A stretch of 64,000 nt of DNA, taken from assembly GCA_016215705.1 (NCBI GenBank), contig JACRIR010000209.1:16530-80529 (forward strand). Reading direction: 5' to 3'. Shown here one piece after another: positions 28,900 through 38,504 of the stretch (its first letter is position 1; each line of letters opens with the position of its first letter). Made by a program: the position numbers and the translations under genes. Source of the DNA: Candidatus Poribacteria bacterium. GTDB taxonomy: Bacteria; Abyssobacteria; SURF-5. The notes beneath the pieces were generated by a model, which was not told the origin of the DNA, made no database searches, and worked only from the letters and a program-made list of their open reading frames with translations.

Positions 28900-29781
28900 G
28901 TGAGGCCCATAGTGAAACTCTGTCTTGAATGTGGATGCCGCCACACAGCCGATGACTGGAAGTGCCCGGCTTGCGGACACACGCCGGAATTCAACCACGG
29001 ATACCCTGTTTTCGCGCCCCATATGATCGAGGACACGAACGGCTTCAAAGCAGAGCTTTTTGCTCCCTGCGCCCAACTCGAGACGGGACATTTCTGGTTC
29101 GAGGCGCGGAATGCTTTGCTTATTTGGGTTTTGCACAAGTATTTCCCCGGTTTCAAGAGCTTCTTGGACATAGGCTGCGGCACCGGCTTTATCTTGTCAA
29201 GAATCCAGAAGGAGTTTCCGCTCGCGCGTCTTGTAGGAAGTGACATATACACCGAATCGCTTGCCCGCGCGAAATCTCGCGTTCCAGACGGCGCATTCTT
29301 CCAAATGGATGCGCGCCATATTCCCTTTGAGAATGAATTTGACATAGTTGCCGCCCTTGATGTGCTTGAGCACATCGAAAGAGACGAATCTGTCCTCATC
29401 CAAATGTTTCAGGCGACCGCGCCGGGCGGAGGGATCATAGTCGCCGTTCCGCAGCACCGATTCCTTTGGAGCCCCATCGACGATTACAGTTGTCACAAGC
29501 GCAGATATTCGCGCAATGAGTTGGTCGAAAAAGTGTCGAATGCCGGATTTGAGGTAACGCGCGTGACAAGCTTCGTCTCGCTTCTTCTTCCAATGATGAT
29601 GTTGGTCCGTATAAAGAAATCGAAGAATCCGCATATCCACGACCCTCTTGAAGAATTGAGAATAAGAGGGTTCCTGAATACTTCGCTGACCACGATAATG
29701 ACCCTTGAACGATTCCTTATCAAGGGAGGGCTTTCCTTTCCAGCCGGTGGCTCTTTGCTTATGGTCGCAAGACATCCGTGA
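28900..29781 (+). CDS. SAM-dependent methyltransferase with N-terminal Cys4 zinc ribbon
   Basis: CLECGC...CPACGH ribbon, then LDIGCGTGFILSRI; start uncertain (GTG at 28900 or 28912; the 28738 ORF start is likely too long). Confidence 0.7.
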   Translation: MRPIVKLCLECGCRHTADDWKCPACGHTPEFNHGYPVFAPHMIEDTNGFKAELFAPCAQLETGHFWFEARNALLIWVLHKYFPGFKSFLDIGCGTGFILSRIQKEFPLARLVGSDIYTESLARAKSRVPDGAFFQMDARHIPFENEFDIVAALDVLEHIERDESVLIQMFQATAPGGGIIVAVPQHRFLWSPIDDYSCHKRRYSRNELVEKVSNAGFEVTRVTSFVSLLLPMMMLVRIKKSKNPHIHDPLEELRIRGFLNTSLTTIMTLERFLIKGGLSFPAGGSLLMVARHP

Positions 29782-30222
29782 AGCATTCAGACACACGGAT
29801 TCAAGCGGGCAAGCGATGGGAGTTGCCACCCCCTTCAAGTTGTCTTCTTTGAGCCTCGACGATGAATAAACGGCATGTCTCTGCGAACATCAGACCATCA
29901 CGACTTTCGATGGAATGTTTGACCCATACTAGTGCCTTCGGTAAAATCACACTGTAAGGACAGCCCTGCTGCGGCTACTCGGTTTCTCATAATGGCCGTG
30001 CTCACAAGGTTAAGTGGGAATCTCTTACTGGGTTACGGAATCGCAGGCCTCCGCTCCAGCGATTCCTTGACATCGGAATTTTTGGTGTGATAACATCAGG
30101 CTTCAGAACGCAACGGCGGTGGCGCGGAGGTGCGCTCCTCGCCCCGCCGATTACTTTTGGTGGAGTTAGTTGGCGACTGTGGTATCAATGTCGTCGTGCG
30201 GGATGTTTGCCGTACCAAGGTT

Positions 30223-30307
30223 GTCATTCTGAGCAAAGCGAAGAATCTCGGGGGAAATCGTTCAATATGCTCCTCAAAGAGGATTCTTCGCTTCGCTCAG
30301 GATGGCG
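30223..30307. repeat. Inverted pair of the 27-bp repeat core forming a ~27-bp-stem hairpin with a 30-nt spacer
   Basis: gtcattctgagcaaagcgaagaatctc ... gaggattcttcgcttcgctcaggatggc; lies in the intergenic region before the UDP-sugar dehydrogenase gene. Confidence 0.85.
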
Positions 30308-30359
30308 GTGAGGACGTTGGTCTCGCATATCCCAATAGTCTAGGATACAGGCAAAACAA

Positions 30360-31619
30360 ATGACGAAGAAAGTTTGTGTTCTCGGCCTTGGCTACGTAGG
30401 TCTGCCCACAGCGTGCATGTTTGCCGTACAGGGCTACCACGTTGTCGGTGTCGACGTAAAGCGCGAAGTTGTTGAAACCATCTCGAAGGGCTCGATCCAC
30501 ATAGAAGAAGCCGGCCTGAAAACGATGCTTCAGGCCGCAATAAACAGCCGGAATCTGGTTGCCCGAAACGAAGTCGAACCCGCAGACGTATTCATCATCG
30601 CAGTCCCGACTCCGCTTGCGCCGGACAAACGCGCCGATGTCAGCTTCGTGGAAAGCGCCGCCCGTTCGATTGTTCCTGTGCTGGCGCGCGGCAATCTCGT
30701 GGTCCTGGAGTCCACAGTCCCTCCCGGGACAACCAACGGTCTACTTTGCCGAATCCTTTCTGAGACGGGTCTGAATCCGGGTGTCGATTTCCATGTTGCG
30801 CACTCCCCGGAACGCGTGCTTCCGGGCAACGTTTTTAGCGAACTGGTGTCAAACGACCGCGTCATAGGTGGAATCACTCCCGAATCGGCCCAATTGGCGC
30901 GTGATCTGTACATGAGCTTTGTCGAAGGAGAGATACTCCTGACCGATTCGACTACGGCCGAGATGGTGAAACTCACCGAGAACACTTTTCGCGATGTGAA
31001 TATTGCCCTCGCCAATGAACTTGCCTTGATAGCAGCGGAATATGGTGTGGACATATTCAGCGTCGTCGCTCTTGCTAATCGGCACTCGCGTGTCAATGTT
31101 CATCAGCCTGGGCCGGGAGTCGGCGGCCATTGCATCCCGGTTGATCCGTGGTTCATCGTCGAGAATTCTAATGAGGCGGGAAAACTCATCAGACGCGCGC
31201 GAGAACTTAATGATTCGATGCCGGAGCGTATTGTGCAACTCGTCGAACATGTCGTCGGGCCGGCTCAAGACGCCAAGATCAGCGTCTGGGGCGTCGCCTA
31301 CAAGGGAAACGTGGATGACACCCGCGAGACGCCGGCGGCGCCTATAGTTCATCTGCTGAGAAAGCGAAACTATAAGATTAGCATATTCGATTTTCATGTC
31401 AGGAATTTCGAGTGCGAGATTGACAGCCTCGAGAGCGCGGTCAATGCGTCCGACGCTATTCTGCTGTTGGCGGACCATAAAGAATTCAAGTACCTCGATC
31501 CTCACGTGATCGGACAGAAAATGCGGCGCAGAATCGTCATAGATACGCGCAACTGTCTCGATCCCGCGAAATGGAAGGGCGCCGGCTTCGATTTCCATCT
31601 TCTGTGGAAGAAACTGTAG
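30360..31619 (+). CDS. Nucleotide-sugar 6-dehydrogenase (UDP-ManNAc/UDP-GlcNAc dehydrogenase family, WecC/WbpA-like)
   Basis: 419 aa; N-terminal Rossmann KVCVLGLGYVGLPTA; catalytic-Cys region GGHCIPVDP. Confidence 0.85.
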   Translation: MTKKVCVLGLGYVGLPTACMFAVQGYHVVGVDVKREVVETISKGSIHIEEAGLKTMLQAAINSRNLVARNEVEPADVFIIAVPTPLAPDKRADVSFVESAARSIVPVLARGNLVVLESTVPPGTTNGLLCRILSETGLNPGVDFHVAHSPERVLPGNVFSELVSNDRVIGGITPESAQLARDLYMSFVEGEILLTDSTTAEMVKLTENTFRDVNIALANELALIAAEYGVDIFSVVALANRHSRVNVHQPGPGVGGHCIPVDPWFIVENSNEAGKLIRRARELNDSMPERIVQLVEHVVGPAQDAKISVWGVAYKGNVDDTRETPAAPIVHLLRKRNYKISIFDFHVRNFECEIDSLESAVNASDAILLLADHKEFKYLDPHVIGQKMRRRIVIDTRNCLDPAKWKGAGFDFHLLWKKL

Positions 31620-31621
31620 GG

Positions 31622-31664
31622 GGAAAATTGGGGACACCATGCCGCATGGTGTCCCCGATTTTCC
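31622..31664. repeat. REP-like 43-bp palindrome 3 bp after the stop codon
   Basis: ggaaaattggggacaccatg-ccg-catggtgtccccgattttcc (one mismatch). Confidence 0.85.
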
Positions 31665-31708
31665 AAGTCGCCTGCGCGGGATTGATGAAAACGACAGACC
31701 TATAAGCC

Positions 31709-32683
31709 ATGAAGAATTCGGACGAAATCTACTGCACCGTCGTTTCTCCTATGTTCAATGAGGAGGCCAACATCGCTTCTACGGTAGCTGCCATCGAAAA
31801 GGTGATGGCCCGTATCGGCAAGCCGTGGGAACTCATTCTCGTCAATGACGGCAGCACCGATCACACACAGGCCGCCGCCGAAAAAATTTGCCGCGAGAAA
31901 CCGTTCGCGCGCTTGCTCTCATACATGCCCAACAGAGGAAGGGGCAAAGCGCTCCGGACCGGTTTCTCAGAGGCAAAAGGGCGATTCATCATAACAATAG
32001 AATCAGACTTGAGTTGGGACGCATCGCTCATGCCCGAGATGCTGCGGATTCTGGAGGCGGGCGAATTCGACCTGGTTTTGGCGTCACCGTATACTCAAGG
32101 GGGCGCAGTCGAGGGGGTGCCCCCAGCCCGCCTGATGATCAGTCGCATCGGCAACACGATTCTCAGTATGGTGGTTCCGGGCAATTTCAGGATGGTCACG
32201 CAGATGTTCCGTGCATATCGGCGTGAAGTTCTCGATTCGCTTGAACTCGAATCGGACGACAAGGAAATCCATTTGGAAATCCTGTCAAAAGCGCTCGCGC
32301 TGGGATACCGCGCCCGGGAGATACCCGCGGTTCTTCGCTCTAGAAGAGCGGGCAGGTCCAAGTTCAATTTCGGCAAGACGGCTGCGTCGCACCTTGCCTT
32401 TTCATATTTTGAGAAGCCCATTCTGTTGTTCGGTCTCACCGGTTTCGGTTTCCTGGCGCTCGCTCTCATTATCGGTCTGTATCTCGTGATCGAGTTCTCA
32501 CGAGGAAGGCTCAACCCTGACCGGCCACTGATGACGTTGCTCGTCATACTCATTGTCGGGGGACTCCAATTCGTATCGCTGGGCCTTGTCGGGACCCAGA
32601 TAGTTCAGCTTCGCAAGGAGGTCTACCGCATCCAGATGGAGAATCGAAGGCTGGAAAGGCAGATCACTCGTGAAAGAGGCTGA
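31709..32683 (+). CDS. GT2 polyprenyl-phosphate glycosyltransferase (DPM1/GtrB/ArnC-like) with C-terminal TM helices
   Basis: 324 aa; GT-A motifs VVSPMFNEE...ILVNDGSTD; two C-terminal TM segments. Confidence 0.8.
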   Translation: MKNSDEIYCTVVSPMFNEEANIASTVAAIEKVMARIGKPWELILVNDGSTDHTQAAAEKICREKPFARLLSYMPNRGRGKALRTGFSEAKGRFIITIESDLSWDASLMPEMLRILEAGEFDLVLASPYTQGGAVEGVPPARLMISRIGNTILSMVVPGNFRMVTQMFRAYRREVLDSLELESDDKEIHLEILSKALALGYRAREIPAVLRSRRAGRSKFNFGKTAASHLAFSYFEKPILLFGLTGFGFLALALIIGLYLVIEFSRGRLNPDRPLMTLLVILIVGGLQFVSLGLVGTQIVQLRKEVYRIQMENRRLERQITRERG

Positions 32684-33869
32684 GGTGGCAATGCCCGGGC
32701 CGATGCGCCATTCAGTCTGTCTGCTTACCAACGCCTATCCCGATTTCCCTGACTCCAACCGGGTGGTATTCCTTCGGAACCTCGCACAGTTGCTCGCACG
32801 GAAAGACTGGTCGGTCACAGTCGTTGCCCCCCGCATATTCTCCGCGAGCCGCCCCTTTGATGCGGAAGGTGAAATCGAAATTCACAGGTTTTCCTCTTTC
32901 ATGGGCGGCAGACTGCTGGTCGAATACCCGCGTACGCCGGCTTTCCGGCTGATTGGATACATGGCGGCAGGACTCTTATCCGCCGTCCGTTCCGTTCACG
33001 CAAGAAAATGTGACGTAATCCACGCGCACTGGGTTATCCCGGCGGGAGTGATAGCCCTAATGGCGGGATGGCTCTGCAGAAAGCCTGTCATCGTGACCGC
33101 CCACGGCTCCGATATCCTTCTTGTCTCTCAAAGGAATCCGATCATGAAGTGGTTCTCCGGCTTCGTGCTGAAACATGCTGACGCGGTCACCTCGGTTGCG
33201 AAACACCTGACAGACGTCATTGTCGCAATGGGGATCCCGCGCGAGAAAATCCTGACGTTCCCGATGAGTGTAGTAACAGAAGCATTCACTGATAATGGCC
33301 CCGTGCACCAGGGCTGGATTGGTGAGATGGTGATTTTCAGCAATAGGAGCCTGTATCCTGTTTATGATGTTGAGACACTGGTGGAAGCCACTCCCGCCAT
33401 CCTCGAGAAATTTCCCCACGCGCGGATTGCCATCGCGGGCGAAGGCCCGGAGTCTCAAAGAATCGCATCTGTCGCCGGAGATTCAGGCGTTGGCGATCGA
33501 GTCCGGTTCATGGGGAGCATAGCTCACGAACACATGCCCGAATATCTTCGGGCCGCATCAGTTTATGTTTCGACTGCATTGTCCGACGGCGCATCGGTAT
33601 CGCTGCTCGAAGCTATGGCATGTGGAACGTTTCCCGTCGTCGCCGACATCCCGGCCAACCGGGAATGGATCAAGGACGGAGAAAACGGTTTCCTGTTTGC
33701 CCCGGGCGATGCTAAGGCGCTCGCCCGCAAGATCGAGGACTGCCTCGGCCGGCCCGCGCTTAGAGAACGGGCGCGTGAAACAAATGCACGAATCATCAAT
33801 CAGAGGGCTCAATGGAATTTGAACGTAGAGAAGCTGCTCGCGCTATACGAGAAAGCTACGATTCGATAA
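32670..33869 (+). CDS. GT4-family glycosyltransferase
   Basis: 399 aa; GT-B C-terminal E-x7-E region SLLEAMACGTFPV. Confidence 0.8.
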   Translation: MKEAEVAMPGPMRHSVCLLTNAYPDFPDSNRVVFLRNLAQLLARKDWSVTVVAPRIFSASRPFDAEGEIEIHRFSSFMGGRLLVEYPRTPAFRLIGYMAAGLLSAVRSVHARKCDVIHAHWVIPAGVIALMAGWLCRKPVIVTAHGSDILLVSQRNPIMKWFSGFVLKHADAVTSVAKHLTDVIVAMGIPREKILTFPMSVVTEAFTDNGPVHQGWIGEMVIFSNRSLYPVYDVETLVEATPAILEKFPHARIAIAGEGPESQRIASVAGDSGVGDRVRFMGSIAHEHMPEYLRAASVYVSTALSDGASVSLLEAMACGTFPVVADIPANREWIKDGENGFLFAPGDAKALARKIEDCLGRPALRERARETNARIINQRAQWNLNVEKLLALYEKATIR

Positions 33870-35095
33870 TCAAGGCGGACAAGGGAAACGGCCTGCGCAT
33901 TTTGTTCCTCGCGCTGACCGTGGACGTCGGCGCCTATCAGGGTGACAGCACCCACGTCATCGAGTTGATCTCGAATCTGCGACAGATGGGACATCGCATC
34001 CGCTGGATCGCGCGACAAAGCCGCAACCGTGAGACGTGGCCCGACCCGCTTTTCCACTGCGTCAGTCGCGCACCCAAGCCGAACAGCGACTTGCTTCGAT
34101 TGATTCAACTCTTGTTCTCAATGGCGCGGGGCGCATACTACATATTTCGTCATACACGCAGTTGTGACCTCATGTACTCGCGCGACCGGTTCTCCCTCTT
34201 GCTCGCGCTGATTCCCTCGCGAATCTTTCACAAACCGCTGGTTTACGAAGTCAACGGCTTGACCAGCGAGCAACGCAAAATGCATGGCGGCCATTTTCTC
34301 AATAGACTGTATGTCCGGTTGTTGGAAACACTCGATGAGGTCGCTTTCAAAAATGCTGTCTCCGTTGTCTGCGTGACCGATGCCATCAGGGACTTCTATT
34401 GCGCGCGTCACCATGATTATGCCGACAAATTCCGGACCGTAAACAACGGCGTCAACACGAAACTTTTCCGTCCGCTGCCGATTGGCGGTGAGGTCACCGA
34501 GTTGAGAAAATATCTCGGATTCGATGAGGGAGATGAGGTTGTCGCCTACGTCGGGAACCTCGCGCTATGGCAGGGCGTCGAATACCTTGTGCGAAGCGCC
34601 CCCATAGTCCTCAAAGAGAACCTCGCAGTCAAATTCATGATCGTGGGAAATGGTCCCACATATTCTCAATGCCTGGCTCTGGCTGATGAGCTAGGGGTCG
34701 GTGACAAATTCAAATTTGTTGGAAAGGTCGGCTACACTTCGTTGGGACACTATGTCAACGTGGCCGATGTATGTGTCGCCCCTTACACTCGAGAGATTCC
34801 AAACTGCCCCATCAAAATCTATGAGTATCTCGCGTGCGGGAAACCCGTTGTCTGTTCGGATATTCCGGGAGTCAATAACCTCAAGAGAGCCGACGTTCTT
34901 GTTTTTGTCGAGCCCGAAAACCCACAAGCTCTGGCCTCGGCCCTCCTGAAAGTCCTTGCAAACCTGAATCTCAGGACTGCTCAGCGAGAGCTTGGGCCAA
35001 AGGCGGTGGCTGGCTATTCTTGGGTGGACACCGCAAGCAAAGTGGCTGCGATTTGCAGCGAAGCCGTGAGGAAAACCCTTGCAACACCAGCCTGA
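33812..35095 (+). CDS. GT4-family glycosyltransferase
   Basis: 427 aa; GT-B C-terminal region KIYEYLACGKPVVCSDIPG; start may be later than 33812 (58-bp overlap with the upstream gene). Confidence 0.75.
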   Translation: MEFERREAARAIRESYDSIIKADKGNGLRILFLALTVDVGAYQGDSTHVIELISNLRQMGHRIRWIARQSRNRETWPDPLFHCVSRAPKPNSDLLRLIQLLFSMARGAYYIFRHTRSCDLMYSRDRFSLLLALIPSRIFHKPLVYEVNGLTSEQRKMHGGHFLNRLYVRLLETLDEVAFKNAVSVVCVTDAIRDFYCARHHDYADKFRTVNNGVNTKLFRPLPIGGEVTELRKYLGFDEGDEVVAYVGNLALWQGVEYLVRSAPIVLKENLAVKFMIVGNGPTYSQCLALADELGVGDKFKFVGKVGYTSLGHYVNVADVCVAPYTREIPNCPIKIYEYLACGKPVVCSDIPGVNNLKRADVLVFVEPENPQALASALLKVLANLNLRTAQRELGPKAVAGYSWVDTASKVAAICSEAVRKTLATPA

Positions 35096-36602
35096 CGGTT
35101 CCGAAAGAAGTCTTCACGATAAGACTGTGTCGGGTCTCCTTTGGAGCGCCTTGAGCCGGGTCGGACAACAGGCAGTGCAGTTTGCCATTGCGATTTTGCT
35201 GGCGCGCATGCTCACCCCTGAAGAGTTCGGTCTGATAGCCATGATTACCGTATTCACCGGCTTCGCAGCCTTCTTTAGCGAAATGGGATTCGGCGCGGCA
35301 ATCATACAGAGACAGGACATCGAGCAGAGACACCTAAGCTCCATTTTCTGGCTCAATGTTGCGGCAGGATTGATTCTCACCGCTATCGTCATGGCTCTTG
35401 CTCCTTTTATAGGCTACTTCTATGGAAATCCGATTCTTATCCCTCTCACATTGGCAATCTCGCTGAACTTTGCCATCGGCTCGCTCAAGGTCGTTCAAAA
35501 TGCTCTGATAACCAAGAATCTGGACTTCAAGCGCATGACCACAATCGAAATCCTCGCCATCTCGGTGGCGGGCGCCATTGCCGCGGGGATGGCTATTAAG
35601 GGATTCGGTCCTTGGAGTCTCGTGGCGAATTCTTTGTCCGCAACAATCGTGTCGGTAGCCGCCATATGGTACGTATCCGATTGGAGGCCGCAGTTCGTGT
35701 GGGATTGGCGGGCGATAAAGGAACTGCTCGGATTCAGCGCAAACCTGACGGGTGGGAGAGTCATAAACTATTGGACCCAGAACATCGATAATATGCTCAT
35801 CGGCAGATACCTTGGCGCCATCCCGTTGGGTGCTTATGACCGTGCGTTCGGTTTGATGATGCGGCCGCAATACGAAGTTGCAGCCGTGTTGTCAAATGTG
35901 ATGTTTCCCGCATTATCAATCATTCAGAACGACAAAAGGAGAATCAAAGAAATCGTCCTCAAAGCCGGCCGGGCGATTGCGCTCGTTACTTTCCCCATGA
36001 TGATGGGGCTGCTGGTGGTGGCGAGGCCCTTTGTCCTCACTTTATATGGAGAAAAATGGGAGGGAGCAATCCTTATCCTTCAGATTTTCTGTCTCGATGG
36101 TATGGGGAGGTCTCTCTGGTCTACGGCAGGGTGGATTTATCTCACCCAGGCTCGGACTGACCTTTTGTTCCGATGGTTGCTTCTGGCAGGCGTTGTCAAA
36201 ATAGCGAGCATTATCATCGGTCTGCATTGGGGCGCTGTAGGCGTGGCTGCCGCCATAGTTCTCAGCGGCTACATTATTCTCTGGTATCCATCGTGGGCGA
36301 TTCCGGGCCGCCTCATCGACTTGACGTTCCGCGAGGTGTTGAGGAACGTTGCTCCAATCTTCTCCTGTTCCGCCGCAATGGCGTTGGCCGTGGCGCTTGT
36401 CGGACTCCTCTTGCCGACAATGTGGCCGCCGTGGGCAAGGCTCGCGGCTCAAGTTCCACTCGGGATGGCTCTTTACACTATTCTGTTGCGCTCCTTCAGA
36501 ATACAGGCATATAGTGAGGCCAAGAAGCTGGCAATTGAACAATGGAATATGCGCTACAAAGCTCGAGGCGTCGCAGTCATTGAACAAGATCAAATACACT
36601 GA
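35079..36602 (+). CDS. Wzx-like polysaccharide/oligosaccharide flippase (MOP superfamily)
   Basis: 507 aa, ~14 TM segments; N-terminus ...VSGLLWSALSRVGQQAVQFAIAILLARML typical of PST flippases. Confidence 0.8.
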   Translation: MQHQPDGSERSLHDKTVSGLLWSALSRVGQQAVQFAIAILLARMLTPEEFGLIAMITVFTGFAAFFSEMGFGAAIIQRQDIEQRHLSSIFWLNVAAGLILTAIVMALAPFIGYFYGNPILIPLTLAISLNFAIGSLKVVQNALITKNLDFKRMTTIEILAISVAGAIAAGMAIKGFGPWSLVANSLSATIVSVAAIWYVSDWRPQFVWDWRAIKELLGFSANLTGGRVINYWTQNIDNMLIGRYLGAIPLGAYDRAFGLMMRPQYEVAAVLSNVMFPALSIIQNDKRRIKEIVLKAGRAIALVTFPMMMGLLVVARPFVLTLYGEKWEGAILILQIFCLDGMGRSLWSTAGWIYLTQARTDLLFRWLLLAGVVKIASIIIGLHWGAVGVAAAIVLSGYIILWYPSWAIPGRLIDLTFREVLRNVAPIFSCSAAMALAVALVGLLLPTMWPPWARLAAQVPLGMALYTILLRSFRIQAYSEAKKLAIEQWNMRYKARGVAVIEQDQIH

Positions 36603-36693
36603 GGTCAAGCTCTATAAGCTTCCTGTCTTGCCCCCGGTCGCCTTGGTGAAAGCAGAATTCCAAAAGATACACCCGGGCGCCGGACTAGGACTG

Positions 36694-37224
36694 ATGCGGG
36701 AGTCAGACTACAGAAGACTCTCATACGTTTACTCCTGTATCAAGCATTTCGGTTCCGTGCTGGACATAGGCGTTGCCTCCGGACAGTTCATGAATATTCT
36801 CGCAATGTCCGGCAAATTCAAAAGGGTTTGTGGAATTGATATCGAGCAGCATTCGAAATATGCAAGGTTCACTGATTCCTACGAAATCCATACCGCCGGC
36901 GTTGACAATATGCCGTTCGGGGAAAAGGAATTTGACGTTGTTACTTGTATGGAGGTTCTGGAGCACTTGGATAGCGACACATTTCAGAAGGCCCTCGGCG
37001 AAATCCGCCGAATCTGCCGCTTGCAACTGATTGTGACAGTCCCCCTCAATGAGGACCCTTTGCCGCCGTATCATCGACTGAGGTTTACCGAGGAGGATGT
37101 CGCCCGTTACTTTCCTCATGCAGGCTATCGTTTGCTGATAAGACATCCGCCACGCAGATTATCGTGGTTGTTGAATAGGCCGCCACTTATGTCCTGGCTC
37201 CTGATCGAGGAGAACTACGCCTAG
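36694..37224 (+). CDS. Small class I SAM-dependent methyltransferase
   Basis: LDIGVASGQFM SAM-binding motif and VLEHL; start ambiguous (TTG 36643, GTG 36646 or ATG 36694) after the flippase stop. Confidence 0.6.
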   Translation: MRESDYRRLSYVYSCIKHFGSVLDIGVASGQFMNILAMSGKFKRVCGIDIEQHSKYARFTDSYEIHTAGVDNMPFGEKEFDVVTCMEVLEHLDSDTFQKALGEIRRICRLQLIVTVPLNEDPLPPYHRLRFTEEDVARYFPHAGYRLLIRHPPRRLSWLLNRPPLMSWLLIEENYA

Positions 37225-37231
37225 GATCAGC

Positions 37232-38443
37232 ATGAAAATCCTTCACGTTTTTTATGACATCGGCCGTCTGTCGGGCTATCAGATAAGAAGCAAATGCATC
37301 GTAGCCAATCAGCAAAAGCTGGGCCTGGACGTCAACGTCGCTTATCTTCCGAGGCGACCGGGCAATCGCGTCGAGACGGTTTTTGGCGGCGCACCCGCCT
37401 TCGGCCCTGACATTCCGCGAAATCTGAGGCGCTTGTTTGACTCAGAGACGCCCGTTCATATGCCGGAGGCGTTGCAGCGTTTTCTCACGCGGCGTTTGCT
37501 AAGGCTGCGGATAGGAGAGATTGCAGATACGACGCGACCGGATATCATCCATGCGCATTCATCCTGGATGTCTGCCGCCCAGGGTTTTGCTGTGGCGCGA
37601 AAGCTTGAGATTCCCTTTCTGTACGAAATGCGAGGTCTGTGGGAAGAAGATACAGCGCTGGAACAAAAAGGCAGCAAGTTGGGTTTCAGCTATCAGTATT
37701 TCAGAGCTCGCGAGAATCATCTTATTCGAAATTCTGACGCAGTAGTTGTTTTATCAGAAGGACTCAAGAAGGAGGTTGTTTTACGTGGCGCAAACCCTGA
37801 ATGGGTCGGCGTTGTGCCAAACGGGGTTGATACCGATGAGTTTGTGCCGAGACCGCGTGATTCGCAGTTGGCCGAATCCCTCGGTTGCGGCGCAAGAACA
37901 ATCGTCGGCTATGTCTCTTCTCTGCGGTTGCTCGAGGGGATACGGTACTTCATCGAGGCGCTGCCCAAAGTCGATAAGCAGGCATTCGCCCTCATAGTCG
38001 GCGATGGCCCTGAAAGAGATGCGCTCGAGAAACTCGTCAGCGACCTCGGCATCAATGACAGAATCAAGTTCACCGGCGCAGTTCCGCACGCGGAAATAAA
38101 GAGGTATTACTCGATCATAGATATCTTTGTTGTTCCGCGAATCAATGTAAAATCATGCCATATTGTCACTCCCCTGAAACCGCTCGAGGCAATGGCTATG
38201 GGCAAATGCGTCGTCATGAGCGACGTCGGAGGGCTGAGAGAGTTGGCAAATGGAGACGAGACGGCAGTCTTCTTCAAACCGGAAGACAGCAGCGACCTCG
38301 CTGAAAAGCTCAATATGCTCATCGCGGACCGGGGATATCGACAGAAGCTCGGTGAAAACGCGCGCCTGCATGTCGTCGAAAGAAAAGATTGGCGCAAGGT
38401 CGTAAAGGCATACCTCCCACTCTATGAGAAATTGGTCAGGTAA
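37232..38443 (+). CDS. GT4-family glycosyltransferase
   Basis: 403 aa; C-terminal GT-B region PLEAMAMGKCVVMSDVGG. Confidence 0.8.
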   Translation: MKILHVFYDIGRLSGYQIRSKCIVANQQKLGLDVNVAYLPRRPGNRVETVFGGAPAFGPDIPRNLRRLFDSETPVHMPEALQRFLTRRLLRLRIGEIADTTRPDIIHAHSSWMSAAQGFAVARKLEIPFLYEMRGLWEEDTALEQKGSKLGFSYQYFRARENHLIRNSDAVVVLSEGLKKEVVLRGANPEWVGVVPNGVDTDEFVPRPRDSQLAESLGCGARTIVGYVSSLRLLEGIRYFIEALPKVDKQAFALIVGDGPERDALEKLVSDLGINDRIKFTGAVPHAEIKRYYSIIDIFVVPRINVKSCHIVTPLKPLEAMAMGKCVVMSDVGGLRELANGDETAVFFKPEDSSDLAEKLNMLIADRGYRQKLGENARLHVVERKDWRKVVKAYLPLYEKLVR

Positions 38444-38504
38444 GCAGCGCCGGGAGCAGCCCGGGAATGCGCAAACTCGCAATGGCGATCATACGAGCGA
38501 TGTC

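Noticed and set aside
29782-30222. Possible ncRNA in the 578-bp intergenic region before the UDP-sugar dehydrogenase gene
   Set aside because: No recognisable riboswitch or ncRNA consensus could be identified by eye. Only a weak TTGACA-N17-ATAACA promoter-like site (~30067) was seen, so it is left unannotated.
36349-36693. Long N-terminal extension of the small methyltransferase ORF overlapping the flippase gene
   Set aside because: It overlaps the 3' end of the flippase gene in another frame. The methyltransferase fold begins after 36694.
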